Positions 9,746-18,618 of a stretch of DNA of 54,244 bases are shown here, one piece after another. Numbering within the stretch: position 1 is the first letter of the stretch; every line of letters begins with the position of its first letter. Below the pieces are notes generated by a model, which saw nothing but the letters and a program-made list of their open reading frames with translations, did not search any database and had not been told where the DNA came from. Both the position numbers and the translations under genes were made by a program. The DNA comes from Planctomycetota bacterium (GTDB lineage: Bacteria > Planctomycetota > Planctomycetia > JALXBF01). The stretch lies in NCBI GenBank assembly GCA_026991575.1, contig JALXBF010000110.1, positions 1 through 54,244 on the forward strand. The letters run 5' to 3'.

Positions 9746-10543
9746 ATGGCAGCACTCCGCATCGCAGTTCATGGTGCCTGCGGCCGCATGGGTCAACGAG
9801 TGGTCGACCTGGTTCGTCAGGCAGAAGACCTGCAGCTCGTAGCTGCTCTGGAGCATCCGACGCATGCTTGCATCGGCCGCGACATCGGCGAGGTGTGCGG
9901 TGTTGGTCCAGTTGGGGTTGTGGTCAGCAGTGAGCTTCCTGCCGGCGCGGGCCCTGAGGTGGTCGTTGACTTTTCGGTCCCGGAAGCTTCCGTGGCTCTG
10001 GCTCAACGCTGTGCCGAACTGCGTATCCCGCTGGTGGTCGCAACGACCGGGTTTAGTGCCGAGCAGCGTGAGCAGATCACCGCAGCTGCCCGGCAGATTC
10101 CCCTGTTGCTAAGCCCGAATATGAGCCTGGCGGTCAACTTGCTGATGGCCCTTGTTGAGCAGGCTGCCCGCCACCTGAAGGATGCCGACGCGGACGTGGA
10201 GATCATCGAGCGGCACCACCGCTTCAAGAAGGACGCGCCCAGTGGAACCGCCCTGGAGTTCGGCCGGCTGATTGCCGAGGCGATGGGCGGCAAGCGGTTT
10301 GTGCACGGCCGCTCGGGCTTGACCGGCGAACGGCCGCGCGATGAGATCGGATTCCACGCGCTTCGCGTGGGCGACAACGTCGGCGAACACACGATCGTGT
10401 TCGGTCTGATGGGCGAATGTCTGGAGTTCACCCATCGGGCCGGTAGCCGCGACTGTTACGCGCGCGGGGCACTGTACGCCGCCAGGTTGCTGGTCAAGCA
10501 ACCTCCCGGGCTGTACTCGATGCGCCAGCTGCTCGGCCTGTAG
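9746..10543 (+). CDS. dapB: 4-hydroxy-tetrahydrodipicolinate reductase
   Basis: GACGRMG, VDFS, ATTG, SPNMS, EIIERHHRFKKDAPSGTA. Confidence 0.96.
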   Translation: MAALRIAVHGACGRMGQRVVDLVRQAEDLQLVAALEHPTHACIGRDIGEVCGVGPVGVVVSSELPAGAGPEVVVDFSVPEASVALAQRCAELRIPLVVATTGFSAEQREQITAAARQIPLLLSPNMSLAVNLLMALVEQAARHLKDADADVEIIERHHRFKKDAPSGTALEFGRLIAEAMGGKRFVHGRSGLTGERPRDEIGFHALRVGDNVGEHTIVFGLMGECLEFTHRAGSRDCYARGALYAARLLVKQPPGLYSMRQLLGL

Positions 10544-10583
10544 TGGACCAGCGTCCCGCCAGCCGCCGCAGAGCGCCCGCCGC

Positions 10584-12347
10584 TTACCGCACGCGTGCCT
10601 TGAACCACACCGCCCCCTGCTCGCCCGGCTTGATCTCGCCAGGAATGTCCCAGCGGAGCACGGTGGAGCCAGCCTTGTTGGGGCCGACCGTGAAGACGGC
10701 ATTCCGCGTGCTGCCGGAGCTCTTTTCGATGTACTCCAACCGTGGCACCAGGCTGTCCATGATCGACAGCGAGTGGACGGGTTGTTCGCCGACGTTCTTG
10801 TAGTAGATGGCAAACTCGACGATGTCCCCCGGATGGGCCACGGCCTTGTCAGCTACTTTCCACATTACGATTTCGCCCGGGCTACGTGGCGGCTCGTCGA
10901 CTTTGACCGCCATCTCGGGGCGAGCGTAGCCCTGCAGGATTCCGTTCTGGGCGGTCAGGGCCGTGTAGGCGGGCCGCCGTTCGAACTGCCACACGCGTGC
11001 CGCCTGGATCCGAGCGGTCAGCCACGCCTCTTGGCCAGCGACCAGCTCTCCGGAGGCGATGTCCAGCACGATGCGGGCGATTCCGTGAGCGGTACGGGTT
11101 GCATGCAGGAAGTCGACACGGCTGATCGCCGAGGTCACATACCGCTGGCGAGCGATGGCGGGCCGTTTCTCGCCGCGTTCCAGCGCCACGTCGCTGCGGC
11201 GCCGCGCCACGGCGGCCAGCTTGCGCGATTCAAGCTGGCGACGACCTTCCGTGCGGAGCACCGTCGCGGTGGCCAGGCTCAGACGGCCCACGGCTCGCCG
11301 GGTGGCCCCGCGGATGGCGATATAGCGGGGGGCATAGACGCACACGGGCGCCGCAGGCACGGATCGCAGTCGGTTCTCTGTCGAGTAGAACCCCACGGTT
11401 TCGCTGGGCTCAAGCCCGTGCGTGACGCCGGCAGCGTCACGGCCAGCACGCGGTGCGCGGTCGTCCCCGTCGCAAACGTAGCTGTAGTCCAGCTTGAGCG
11501 GCCGGAACACGGAAGGGTCCACCCCCCGAGCAGGGGCCGACGCCCACGGATGGGGTACCGGGAATGCCGATGGCATGCTCAGCCGTTCCACCGCATCGAA
11601 CGAGGCCTGTTTCAGGCCGCTTGGTGGGCGCAACGACCGTTGCTCCGGGGCGCGCGTCGGTCGGACGTGGCCTCGGTGGACAACGGGGGGCTTGGGAAGC
11701 CAGTCAGCGTCCTGCCGCTCGTAGACGCGCGTGCCCACCCTCATGATCAGCACGGGCATCCCCATCGTTTCGGCCAGCAGCAGCGGGTCAACCCCTACAC
11801 GGGCATCGATCTCAGGCATCTCGTCCGGAGGATAAGCGATCGGAATCGCCTGGTCCGGTCGCTCGAGTGTGACCACCTTGGTCACCAGCATCTCCTCGCG
11901 TACCAGGGCGAGGTCGGCATCCGACAACGCGACCGTGACTGGAAACTCCCACGGATCTACCTCCGGGGGTACGTGGACCGGTCGAAGCACCTGGATCGTC
12001 GGGCATACCACGGTCGGCTCGCCAGCAACCGTGACGTGGCAACGGAATACATACGTCTGGCCAACTTGAAGCCCGATCTGAAATGGGACGGTCTCTTCCA
12101 CCCAACCGGACGGCGTTAGCAGCTCCACGCGGGTTCCGACGGGCGCAAGCCAGCGGACCACGACCACGGCATCTTCGGGGGCTGTTGCTGGTGTCGTGGT
12201 CGCAACGTCTGGCCCGGCTGCGACGGCGGCTACGACGGTGCCGAACAGAGCGGCCAGGAGGAGAAGCGGCCTGGTGATCAAGGGGGGGTGTGGGACCATC
12301 CCGATCGGTCCTGGTTGCTCAGCGGGCACATGCTGCCGTACGCTCAT
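10584..12347 (-). CDS. Secreted protein: N-terminal domain paralogous to the upstream lipoprotein, C-terminal DUF11 (OmcB-like) domain
   Basis: Signal peptide-like segment (LLLLAALFGTVVAAVAA); C-terminus KVADKAVAHPGDIVEFAIYYKNVG...IMDSLVPRLEYI...LRWDIPGEIKPGEQGAVWFKARVR matches the DUF11 pattern. Confidence 0.8.
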   Translation of the reverse strand: MSVRQHVPAEQPGPIGMVPHPPLITRPLLLLAALFGTVVAAVAAGPDVATTTPATAPEDAVVVVRWLAPVGTRVELLTPSGWVEETVPFQIGLQVGQTYVFRCHVTVAGEPTVVCPTIQVLRPVHVPPEVDPWEFPVTVALSDADLALVREEMLVTKVVTLERPDQAIPIAYPPDEMPEIDARVGVDPLLLAETMGMPVLIMRVGTRVYERQDADWLPKPPVVHRGHVRPTRAPEQRSLRPPSGLKQASFDAVERLSMPSAFPVPHPWASAPARGVDPSVFRPLKLDYSYVCDGDDRAPRAGRDAAGVTHGLEPSETVGFYSTENRLRSVPAAPVCVYAPRYIAIRGATRRAVGRLSLATATVLRTEGRRQLESRKLAAVARRRSDVALERGEKRPAIARQRYVTSAISRVDFLHATRTAHGIARIVLDIASGELVAGQEAWLTARIQAARVWQFERRPAYTALTAQNGILQGYARPEMAVKVDEPPRSPGEIVMWKVADKAVAHPGDIVEFAIYYKNVGEQPVHSLSIMDSLVPRLEYIEKSSGSTRNAVFTVGPNKAGSTVLRWDIPGEIKPGEQGAVWFKARVR

Positions 12348-12423
12348 AACCGCACCCTCATTGCTCTGTGAGCTGTCACCGGCATGAAGACGGCGCGCGG
12401 TGGCAGACGAGTAAAACAGTGTG

Positions 12424-12470
12424 AGAAAAAGAGGGAGCAGGAGCCACCGTGCTTCCTGCCCCCCCCTCTC
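12424..12470 (-). terminator. Intrinsic terminator between the lipoprotein gene and the DUF11 gene
   Basis: Minus strand GGGGGGGGCAGGA-loop-TCCTGCTCCCTCT (13-bp stem including G-U pairs) followed by TTTT. Confidence 0.7.
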
Positions 12471-12584
12471 GGCATCCCTCCTGGGCTGGTCGACCTTCGC
12501 TCGGCGTGCTAGCTACTCCGTTGGGGCACTTCGGAGTCGTCGACCCAGCAAGAGGAGACGGGCCCTCCGTGGCCCACGACGACG

Positions 12585-13349
12585 TCATTGCTTCCGTGTC
12601 GTCGCCGTTGCTGCGTTGACCTTGCCCTTCGGCTGAGCGTCCTTGCCTTCGGCCGAGATGGGCAGGATCAAGCCATGTGCGTCGTTGTCGGCCTGGTCGC
12701 CATAGACCGGAGCGGCGTGCGGAAGCTCCAGGTCGATGCTGCCCATGCGCACGATGACCAGGATCGTACCGCGGCGGTCAGCTTCGGCAATCGGGTCAAC
12801 ACCCGGGGCGAGTCGGGTTGAGACCAGCGTTTCGACGCCGGCAATCGCCAGTTCCTGATACTCCGGGTCGGGCAGGTAGATGACCTTGGTCACGTAGTTC
12901 CCGGCCCGTACCTGGTCAAAATCCTCATCCGTGAACTCGATCGGAACCGCATTGTGCGCCAGGTACGCAGCACTGGAAGGCGCCGCCGGCGCCACCTCGA
13001 GCGTCGGGTACAGCTCCAGCCCCTCGTGGCCGGGGATATCGGTCAGCTTCAGCCGGTAGACCGCCCCCTGCTCGAAGTTGAACCGGCCAGGCACCGTAAT
13101 CTGGCCTTCGGCAAAGGCCTTTGTCTGGCCGTCGCCGACCTGCCAGCCCACCTTCATCCCCTCGGGTGCGACGAAATAGACCTGAGTCCGCTCAACGGGG
13201 AAACGGCGCTGTTGGCCTGCCGTGCCGTGGAAGGCGGTCTGAATAACGCCACTGATCGGATGGTGGCCAACTGTGGCCTGCTTCTGCGTCAGGCAGCCCA
13301 GGCTGAAAAGCAGCGGGGCTGCGGCCAACAAGGGTACGACCCGTCTCAT
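12585..13349 (-). CDS. Predicted lipoprotein of unknown function (planctomycete-type)
   Basis: ATG at 13349 with a strong [30 protein letters not shown] lipobox; core LELYPTLEV...[25 protein letters not shown]. The ORF-track start at 13571 is likely too long. Confidence 0.8.
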   Translation of the reverse strand: MRRVVPLLAAAPLLFSLGCLTQKQATVGHHPISGVIQTAFHGTAGQQRRFPVERTQVYFVAPEGMKVGWQVGDGQTKAFAEGQITVPGRFNFEQGAVYRLKLTDIPGHEGLELYPTLEVAPAAPSSAAYLAHNAVPIEFTDEDFDQVRAGNYVTKVIYLPDPEYQELAIAGVETLVSTRLAPGVDPIAEADRRGTILVIVRMGSIDLELPHAAPVYGDQADNDAHGLILPISAEGKDAQPKGKVNAATATTRKQ

Positions 13350-13633
13350 CGCTCCTCCTCGGTCCCCCAATGGACCGTTGCCTTGAGTGCTGCCGAACCA
13401 AGTGTGTGTCCCAGCCTGCCGATGCGGCCCTGGCTCATGGCTACGCAGCGACGCGGCAGTCGCGCAAGCCACCGCCGAACCTCCCGGGCCGGCCTGCGTA
13501 TCGACTGGTGATCGCGGCCACGTATGGCCGCGACCAGCCTGACTTGTGTTTCCAGCGGTTTTTTTCGGCAACTGAACTAGCGGACTTTCGAAGAATCCGT
13601 CAGAATCTTCAGCCCCCGCGCAAGGGTTCCACC

Positions 13634-14926
13634 ATGCAGGCTCGCTGCAACCGTCCCAGCCGCGCCACCTGGCCTGCCCGTCGGCTCATGGTCGCCATCG
13701 CCACGCTCTGCCTGTGCACCTCCCCAAGCCACGCACAGACCACAAAAGAGACACCGACAGAACCAACGAAGAAGGCAGCGCAGCAAAAGGCGGAGAACCG
13801 ACCGACAACCACGCAACCAACCAATCGACCGGCACCAGATAGTCCAACCGCACAGGCGGGCCAAGCTGCTGCTGGCCGTCAGAGCGGCCTGCGATCGGAG
13901 GCAGAGATTCGCACGAACACGGAAGTTCAGAGGCTGCTGGACGAGATCGAAGCTCACCTGCGCAAGTTAGAGTGGCTGGCGACGGATATCCGCCAGGAGA
14001 TGACCCTCAGAGGGTTCACGTTCACCGCCCGGGGCCGCTACATTGTGGGTCCGAACAACCTGATGCGGCTCGAGTACAAGGTGAAGCTGTCCGACGTTGA
14101 GGGCGAGTTGCTGGAAGTCTGCGACGGACGCGACCAATGGCACGTCGAATCGATCCTCGACGTTACGAAAGTCGAACACCTGAACCTGGAGGAGTGCGGC
14201 CAGATCCTAAACGATCAGGACTTCGATGAGCAGCAACGTCAGGCTTTCATGGATGCTCGCGGCTTGAACGGCCTGGCGCCGTTTGTCGACGCGCTGGCAG
14301 AGTTCTTCGTGTTCAACCGAGTGGAAGAAAAGCAGTGGCAGGGCAAAAAGGTCCTGGTCGCACACGGAACCTGGAACGAAGCCCGGCTGGGTGGCAAGCG
14401 GGCCGAGCCTGAGGCCGGCGACGACCAGGACCAGCAACAGACATCAGCCATTCCGCAGGCTGAAGAGCGGGAACGGTACTCGCTGTTGAACCTGCCACCG
14501 GAGATGCCTACGGCCATCACAGTCTGGATCGATCCTGAGCTGAAGTGGATTCACCGCGTGGAAATGGTCGCCGAGCGCGCCCCGAAGAACCGCCCAAGCC
14601 GCCTGGTGTTGGAACTGTCCAATCCCCAGTTTGACAAGCCCTTTGAACGGACCCTCTTCAGCTACCGGCCCCCCGACGATGTCAAGCCGATCGATCGAAC
14701 GCCTGTCGTGGTCGAGACGCTTCAGGTAATCCTGCAACAGCTCAAGAACCAGAAGCAGCAGGCCGGCACGCGCCAGCCCGCTACGGCGTCGGGTGCAACG
14801 GGCAGCGGCCTGCTGGGACCGACATCGCCGTCTGCATCTGGCCCGGCCGGCGCTCAGGCTAAACCTTCCGCCGAGCAGAAGCGTTCCCCGGCAGCGAAGC
14901 AGGAGCAAGAAGCGCCTAAGCCCTAG
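13634..14926 (+). CDS. LolA/LppX-like periplasmic lipoprotein carrier with low-complexity termini
   Basis: Signal peptide ending [15 protein letters not shown] (cf. LolA VSDGKTLW), TVWIDPE, and [27 protein letters not shown] (LolA-type C-terminus); start chosen at the ATG at 13634. Confidence 0.65.
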   Translation: MQARCNRPSRATWPARRLMVAIATLCLCTSPSHAQTTKETPTEPTKKAAQQKAENRPTTTQPTNRPAPDSPTAQAGQAAAGRQSGLRSEAEIRTNTEVQRLLDEIEAHLRKLEWLATDIRQEMTLRGFTFTARGRYIVGPNNLMRLEYKVKLSDVEGELLEVCDGRDQWHVESILDVTKVEHLNLEECGQILNDQDFDEQQRQAFMDARGLNGLAPFVDALAEFFVFNRVEEKQWQGKKVLVAHGTWNEARLGGKRAEPEAGDDQDQQQTSAIPQAEERERYSLLNLPPEMPTAITVWIDPELKWIHRVEMVAERAPKNRPSRLVLELSNPQFDKPFERTLFSYRPPDDVKPIDRTPVVVETLQVILQQLKNQKQQAGTRQPATASGATGSGLLGPTSPSASGPAGAQAKPSAEQKRSPAAKQEQEAPKP

Positions 14927-15278
14927 CATTCCCGCAGCAGCGACCGGCGGGGATGGATCATTCGCTGGCCACGTCCCGCGGCCCGATCGGCTGTGCACGC
15001 TTGCTTCGACCGCGCCGGGCACGGCACGTGTACGCGGATCACCCCCCTCTCCGGCCCGCAGGTCCGATCGGCGTCTGCAGCAACTCACACCGGCACTGAC
15101 GGCGCAAGAGGCCCGACGCGGCGCTGCGCACCGCAGTCCCGGCTCGGGTGCCGCCCGTCGGGTTCCGTGTGCTGTGACCTCGGCCATCTATGATTAATGA
15201 GTTCAACGGCGGCTGTGTCGCTCCCAAACTACGGTGCCACGGTGACGAGGTCCTCAGGAAAGCCTGCTGGGGCAAGAG

Positions 15279-18200
15279 ATGTTCCACAAGGTGGATGCCT
15301 ATCCGAATCTGGTAGCGGGCGAACACAAAGTTCTCCAGTTCTGGGCGGACACGAAGGCGTTCGAAGTCCTGCGACAACGCAACGCCGGCAAACCGCGGTG
15401 GTCGTTTCTGGATGGGCCCATCACCGCCAACAACCCAATGGGCGTACACCACGCCTGGGGTAGAACGCTGAAGGACGCCTATCACCGCTACTTCGCCATG
15501 ACCGGCCATGAGTGCCGCTACCAGAACGGCTTCGACTGTCAGGGGCTGTGGGTGGAGGTCGAAGTCGAACGGGAACTGGGCTTTCGGTCCAAGCGGGACA
15601 TCGAGGCTTATGGCCTGGAACGGTTCATCCGCAAGTGCAAGGAGCGTGTCTGGAAGTATTCGAAGATCCAGACCGAGCAGTCCATCCGGCTGGGCTACTG
15701 GATGGACTGGGAGAACTCCTACTACACCATGTCCCCCGAGAACAACTACGCCATCTGGGCATTTCTGAAGAAATGCCACCAGCGTGGCAAGGTGTACAAG
15801 GGGGTGGATGCCATGCCCTGGTGCCCGCGGTGCGGCACGGGCATCTCTGAACAAGAACGCAAGGAAGGCTACAAGACCGTGGTCGACGACGCCGTCTTCG
15901 TACGGTTCCCCCTGGTTGACCGACCGGACGAGTACTTGCTGGTTTGGACCACGACGCCATGGACCCTGGCAGCCAACGTCGCCGCGGCGGTGCACCCGAA
16001 GCTGCCGTATGTACGCGTGAAACAGGGCAACGCCATCTATTACCTGATGCGTGCCCGCCTGTCGGTGTTAAGTTCCGCTGAACCGTACGAGGTGCTGGAC
16101 GAGTTCCCGGGGGCCGAGCTCGTGGGGCTTCGCTACCGCGGGCCGTTCGACGATCTGGAGGCGGCGGCTCCGGCCCGGGATCACCACCGGGTGATCGCAT
16201 GGGACGAGGTCACGGAGACGGAGGGAACGGGCATTGTGCACATCGCACCCGGCTGCGGCAAGGAAGACTTCGATCTTGCCCAACAACACGGCTTACCTGT
16301 CCTGGCTCCGATCGATGATGAGGGGCGGTACGTGTCGGGCTACGAACCGTTCACGGGCAAGTTTGCGGGGGATGTTACCGAGGAGGTCTTCGAATGGTTG
16401 AAAGCGCGGGGCTTGTTCTACCGAGCGGAAAAGTACCGCCACGACTACCCGCACTGCTGGCGGTGCGGCACGCCGCTGTTGTTCCGGGTCGTTGATGAGT
16501 GGTTCATCCGCATGGACTGGCGGGACGAAATCAAGCAGGTCGCCAAGCAGATCCGGTGGATCCCCGACTTCGGCCTCCAGCTGGAGCTGGACTGGTTGAC
16601 CAACATGGGCGACTGGATGATCTCCAAGAAACGCTACTGGGGACTGGCCCTACCAATTTTCGAGTGCAAGAAATGTGGCACCTTCGACGTGATCGGTAGC
16701 CGCGAGGAGTTGAAGGAACGCTGTGTGGCAGGATGGGAGGAATTCGAAGGCGACCCGCAGAACCCGAATTCCCCCCACCGACCGTGGATCGACCACGTCC
16801 GGATCGCTTGTCCGAACTGCGGTGAGCCGACTCCGCGGATCCCGGATGTAGGCAACCCGTGGCTCGATGCCGGGATCGTTGCGTATTCGACTGTTGGCTA
16901 CTTCACCGATCGCGAGTACTGGCGCCGGTGGATCCCGGCCGATCTGATCCTGGAATGCTTCCCTGGCCAGTTTCGCAACTGGTTCTACGCTTTGCTTGCG
17001 ATGAGCACGATGATGGAGAACATTCCGCCTACGCGCACCGTGCTCGGGCACGCGCTGGTGCGGGATGAAAAAGGCGAGGAGATGCACAAGTCCAAGGGCA
17101 ACGCGATCTGGTTCGATGACGCGGCCGAGCGGATGGGCGCCGACGTAATGCGGTGGATCTACTGTCGCCAGAATCCGGTCCAGAACTTGAATTTCGGCTA
17201 TTCGGTGGGGCGTGATGTGGAGCGATCCGTCTTTCGCGCCCTATGGAACACGTACCGCTTCTTCTGCGAGTACGCCCGGCTGGACGAGTTCGATCCGTCG
17301 TTACCCACGATCCCGGTGTCCGACCGGCCTGAGCTGGACCGCTGGATCCTTTCCGAACTTCAGGATCTCATTCGCTCCGCGCACGAATGTTGGGCCAACT
17401 ACGACCACCACCCATTCGTACGGCGCGCCGAGCAATTCATCCAGGATCAGCTTTCCAATTGGTACGTGCGCCGTAGCCGTCGCCGCTTCTGGGCCAAGCG
17501 CGGTGAGGACGACCGGTCCAAGTGGGCAGCCTACCAGACGCTCTACGAGGTACTGCTGACGTTGACCAAGCTGCTGGCACCGGTCATCCCGTTCCTGACG
17601 GAGCGGATGTACCAGAATCTGGTGCACGGGCGCGACCTGATGCAATGGGGCGAACCCGGTGGCATCGATCCAGCCTCGGTGCAGCCGGACCCTGCCGCCG
17701 AACCCCCAAACAGCGTCCACCACTGCACGTTCCCCGAAGTGAACGAGGCACTTGTCGATCGCCAGCTAAACGCGCAAATGGCCCTGATTCAAGAGATCGT
17801 TACCGCCGCCCACGCGCTGCGTGAAGCGGCCGGGCACCGGGTACGGCAGCCGCTAAGCACGCTAAAGGTAGCACCGGTCAGCGGTTGGCAGCAGTGGGCG
17901 CGCGAGGCGGTCCAACGCATGGCCGACGTGCTGCGCGAGGAATTGAACGTTAAGGAGATTGCCATAGAGGATGGCCCCGGGGTGGGTGCGCTGGCGGCGG
18001 TACCAAACCAGCGAGCGCTGAAGAAACGGTTCGGCCGACGCGCACCGGATGTCGCCGACCTCGTGGCCCGGCTCCAGCCGGAGGAGATCGAGCGACTGCT
18101 CCGAGGCGAAGAACTGCACGTCGAGGTTGGTGCGGAGACGGTGACGATCAGCCGGAGCGACATCCACGTGGTACTCGCCGACGCCACGCAGTGGCACGTC

Positions 18201-18512
18201 GACCAGGTCGGCGATGTGCTCATCGCACTGGACACCCACCTTACCCCGGCGCTCGAAGCCGAAGGCTGGATCCGCGACCTGGTGCGCCACGTGCAGCAGC
18301 TTCGTAAGGAGAGTGGTCTGAACGTCGAAGACCAGATCCGCCTGGCGGTACTGACGGAAGACCAGGCACTAGCCCAGGCAGTGCGCGACTGGGAGGACTA
18401 CTTGCGTCGCGAAACGCTCTGCGTCGAACTGAACGGCTCGGACTTCTCGGGCCACGAAAAACAGGTGAAAGTAGCCGGCAAACCGGTCACGATCCGGCTG
18501 CAAAAGTGCTAG
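15279..18512 (+). CDS. ileS: Isoleucine--tRNA ligase, type 2 (IleRS2)
   Basis: DGPITAN, GFDCQGL, VWTTTPWTL, GTGIVHIAP, DWMISKKRYWG, EMHKSKGN, LSNWYVRRSRRRFW, VRQPL and the IleRS2-type C-terminus (EGWIRDLVRHVQQLRK). Confidence 0.97.
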   Translation: MFHKVDAYPNLVAGEHKVLQFWADTKAFEVLRQRNAGKPRWSFLDGPITANNPMGVHHAWGRTLKDAYHRYFAMTGHECRYQNGFDCQGLWVEVEVERELGFRSKRDIEAYGLERFIRKCKERVWKYSKIQTEQSIRLGYWMDWENSYYTMSPENNYAIWAFLKKCHQRGKVYKGVDAMPWCPRCGTGISEQERKEGYKTVVDDAVFVRFPLVDRPDEYLLVWTTTPWTLAANVAAAVHPKLPYVRVKQGNAIYYLMRARLSVLSSAEPYEVLDEFPGAELVGLRYRGPFDDLEAAAPARDHHRVIAWDEVTETEGTGIVHIAPGCGKEDFDLAQQHGLPVLAPIDDEGRYVSGYEPFTGKFAGDVTEEVFEWLKARGLFYRAEKYRHDYPHCWRCGTPLLFRVVDEWFIRMDWRDEIKQVAKQIRWIPDFGLQLELDWLTNMGDWMISKKRYWGLALPIFECKKCGTFDVIGSREELKERCVAGWEEFEGDPQNPNSPHRPWIDHVRIACPNCGEPTPRIPDVGNPWLDAGIVAYSTVGYFTDREYWRRWIPADLILECFPGQFRNWFYALLAMSTMMENIPPTRTVLGHALVRDEKGEEMHKSKGNAIWFDDAAERMGADVMRWIYCRQNPVQNLNFGYSVGRDVERSVFRALWNTYRFFCEYARLDEFDPSLPTIPVSDRPELDRWILSELQDLIRSAHECWANYDHHPFVRRAEQFIQDQLSNWYVRRSRRRFWAKRGEDDRSKWAAYQTLYEVLLTLTKLLAPVIPFLTERMYQNLVHGRDLMQWGEPGGIDPASVQPDPAAEPPNSVHHCTFPEVNEALVDRQLNAQMALIQEIVTAAHALREAAGHRVRQPLSTLKVAPVSGWQQWAREAVQRMADVLREELNVKEIAIEDGPGVGALAAVPNQRALKKRFGRRAPDVADLVARLQPEEIERLLRGEELHVEVGAETVTISRSDIHVVLADATQWHVDQVGDVLIALDTHLTPALEAEGWIRDLVRHVQQLRKESGLNVEDQIRLAVLTEDQALAQAVRDWEDYLRRETLCVELNGSDFSGHEKQVKVAGKPVTIRLQKC

Positions 18513-18618
18513 CCCCCACGGCCTGCCCTACGCAAACTCCAGCGGCCACGGTCGGCGCTGAGCCGGGCGCGGCCACGGCACCCGCCGTCCACGGTTGCTC
18601 TGCTCTGGGAGCTCGGCT

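Noticed and set aside
15112..15162. Three-way-junction-like fold (CCCGACG/CGTCGGG) before ileS
   Set aside because: It lies upstream of the likely -10 element, is very GC-rich and lacks tRNA or riboswitch landmarks
15227..15244. AACTACGGTGCCACGGTG upstream of ileS resembles a T-box (AANNAGGGTGGNACCGCG)
   Set aside because: The essential UGGN bulge reads UGCC, and the leader after the -10 (TATGAT at 15189) is too short for a stem I and shows no terminator
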